This document shows, in pieces, positions 62,835-64,000 of a DNA stretch of 64,000 bases (the stretch's first letter is position 1; every line of letters begins with the position of its first letter). The stretch is from Octopus sinensis (taxonomy: Eukaryota). The translations under genes and the position numbers were made by a program. Under the pieces are notes generated by a model. That model had not been told where the DNA came from. It did no database searches and saw only the letters and a list, made by a program, of their open reading frames with translations. Location of the stretch: contig NC_043013.1 of assembly GCF_006345805.1 (NCBI RefSeq), positions 15,252,001 through 15,316,000 on the forward strand, read 5' to 3'.

Positions 62835-63032
62835 TTTGTGCCTTATAATATAACACACTCACCGGTAAAATTTCCAGTTTTTTCTTATTTTTATTTTCCT
62901 AAAATTTTCGCTGCATCTTGTAACCTTTTCAATAGTTTTAAGGTTGCAAGATGCAACAAAAATTTTAGGAAAATAAAGATAAGAAAAATATAGAAATTTT
63001 ACCGGTGAGTGTGTTATATTATAAGGCACAAA
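62835..63032. repeat. About 198-bp fold-back palindrome
   Basis: TTTGTGCCTTATAATATAACACACTCACCGGTAAAATTTC...GAAATTTTACCGGTGAGTGTGTTATATTATAAGGCACAAA. Confidence 0.92.
62899..62935 (-). ncRNA. Candidate minimal hammerhead ribozyme with U3-A8 variant core
   Basis: Minus strand: CUA | UUGAAAA | G GUUACA-AGA-UGCAGC | GAAA AUU U | UAG. Stem I CUA:UAG; palindromic loop-less stem III AAUU. The other arm supplies the perfect stem II GTTGCA-AGA-TGCAAC. Confidence 0.45.
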
Positions 63033-63469
63033 AAGAAAATGACTTTCCCCAGATGACTGATGGTATATATACATATATATATATATATATACTATGCTTT
63101 GATCTTAGCTAAAAGGTTGACACATACATAAATACACACACACACACATACGTAGATACTAAAATTTTGGTAGTGGGGATAAGTGCTGGTGTTTGCCAGG
63201 CCAAGAATCACTGGTATAGTGTATCCTGAATTGTAAACAAATGAGACTTTCATGTTATCTTGCAACCAATTTACACCCAAACTAGAAAAGTTGACATGTG
63301 GATGACCTAAAGTTCTATCATGCTGGTTGGAATTAGTTCTCTCTTCTCTAAAATTTTTTTGTGCTTTGCTGTCAGTATCAAAAACATTATTTTTGTCTTT
63401 GAGATATACTTACTGTCTTTTCATCTCATTCATGAAAAATCTCACAACCAATTCCTGCAAGAAAAATAT

Positions 63470-63640
63470 TCTTGTATTTAACCAAAAATTTCTAAAGATA
63501 TATTGACATTTATCAAATTATTTCTGAAGAAATGTTGGGTGCTTAACAGACCCTTTCTGAAGACATATTAATACTTATCTAACATTTCTAAAGATATACT
63601 GACATCTATCAGACCGTTTCTAAAGATACACTTGCATTCA
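63470..63640. repeat. Degenerate about 30-bp tandem repeat (TTTCT(A/G)AAGA.ATA..GACA)
   Basis: TTTCT(A/G)AAGA recurs five times. Confidence 0.55.
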
Positions 63641-64000
63641 TCAAAGTGCAGGTGAGACCCATAATGATGTATTATTCTCCCATCTGAAACAGTTTGGCTG
63701 CTGTGACATACACAGATATTTTAAGGCTGTTTAACAGACTGGTATAAAGTCACTTACAATCACACTTAAGCCTCTGACCAACAAGTGCTCTGTCTTTTAT
63801 CTCTGCCTTTTCTACTTTACAATAATAGCTTCTGCTCAGAACTGGTTTGGCTCATGTCACTTCCTTACTGGTATTTCTACCCCACTTGCCTTCTCACTTC
63901 TCACCTCTCATAACCCTTGTTATGTCCAAGTCCCCCCCAGACCTCATACTAACCAAGTAATCACTATGCATAGTCTTTCTATCCAAGAATGTCGGCTCTT

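Overview
AT-rich, repeat-dense animal genomic DNA; the SINE/MITE/microsatellite landscape looks like a coleoid cephalopod such as Octopus (inference, no search run). Positions 2429-48418 hold a 5'-incomplete TOPBP1 gene on the + strand. I traced 39 GT-AG coding exons by hand; they are phase-compatible and total 4414 nt (about 1470 aa), covering the end of BRCT0, BRCT1-8, the ATR-activation domain and a basic C-terminus. The first exon(s) probably lie upstream of the window. Introns and the downstream 15.6 kb are filled with several SINE-like families, Tc1/mariner relics (DD37D-type, a full-length DD41D-type element with a nested LINE 3' end, a mariner MITE), TTAA-flanked piggyBac-type MITEs, a hAT MITE, non-autonomous Helitrons, an R4/Dong-like fragment, an RTE/BovB-like fragment and a Penelope-like (GIY-YIG) relic. 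The most unusual signal is three fold-back palindromes (41.2, 50.3 and 62.8 kb) that all carry hammerhead-ribozyme or hammerhead-like motifs. One is fused to a tRNA-like Pol III head and one has a compensatory U3-A8 core, suggesting Penelope-mobilised, ribozyme-bearing fold-back elements. No genuine tRNA, rRNA or CRISPR array was seen, and almost all ORFs in the supplied track are spurious.
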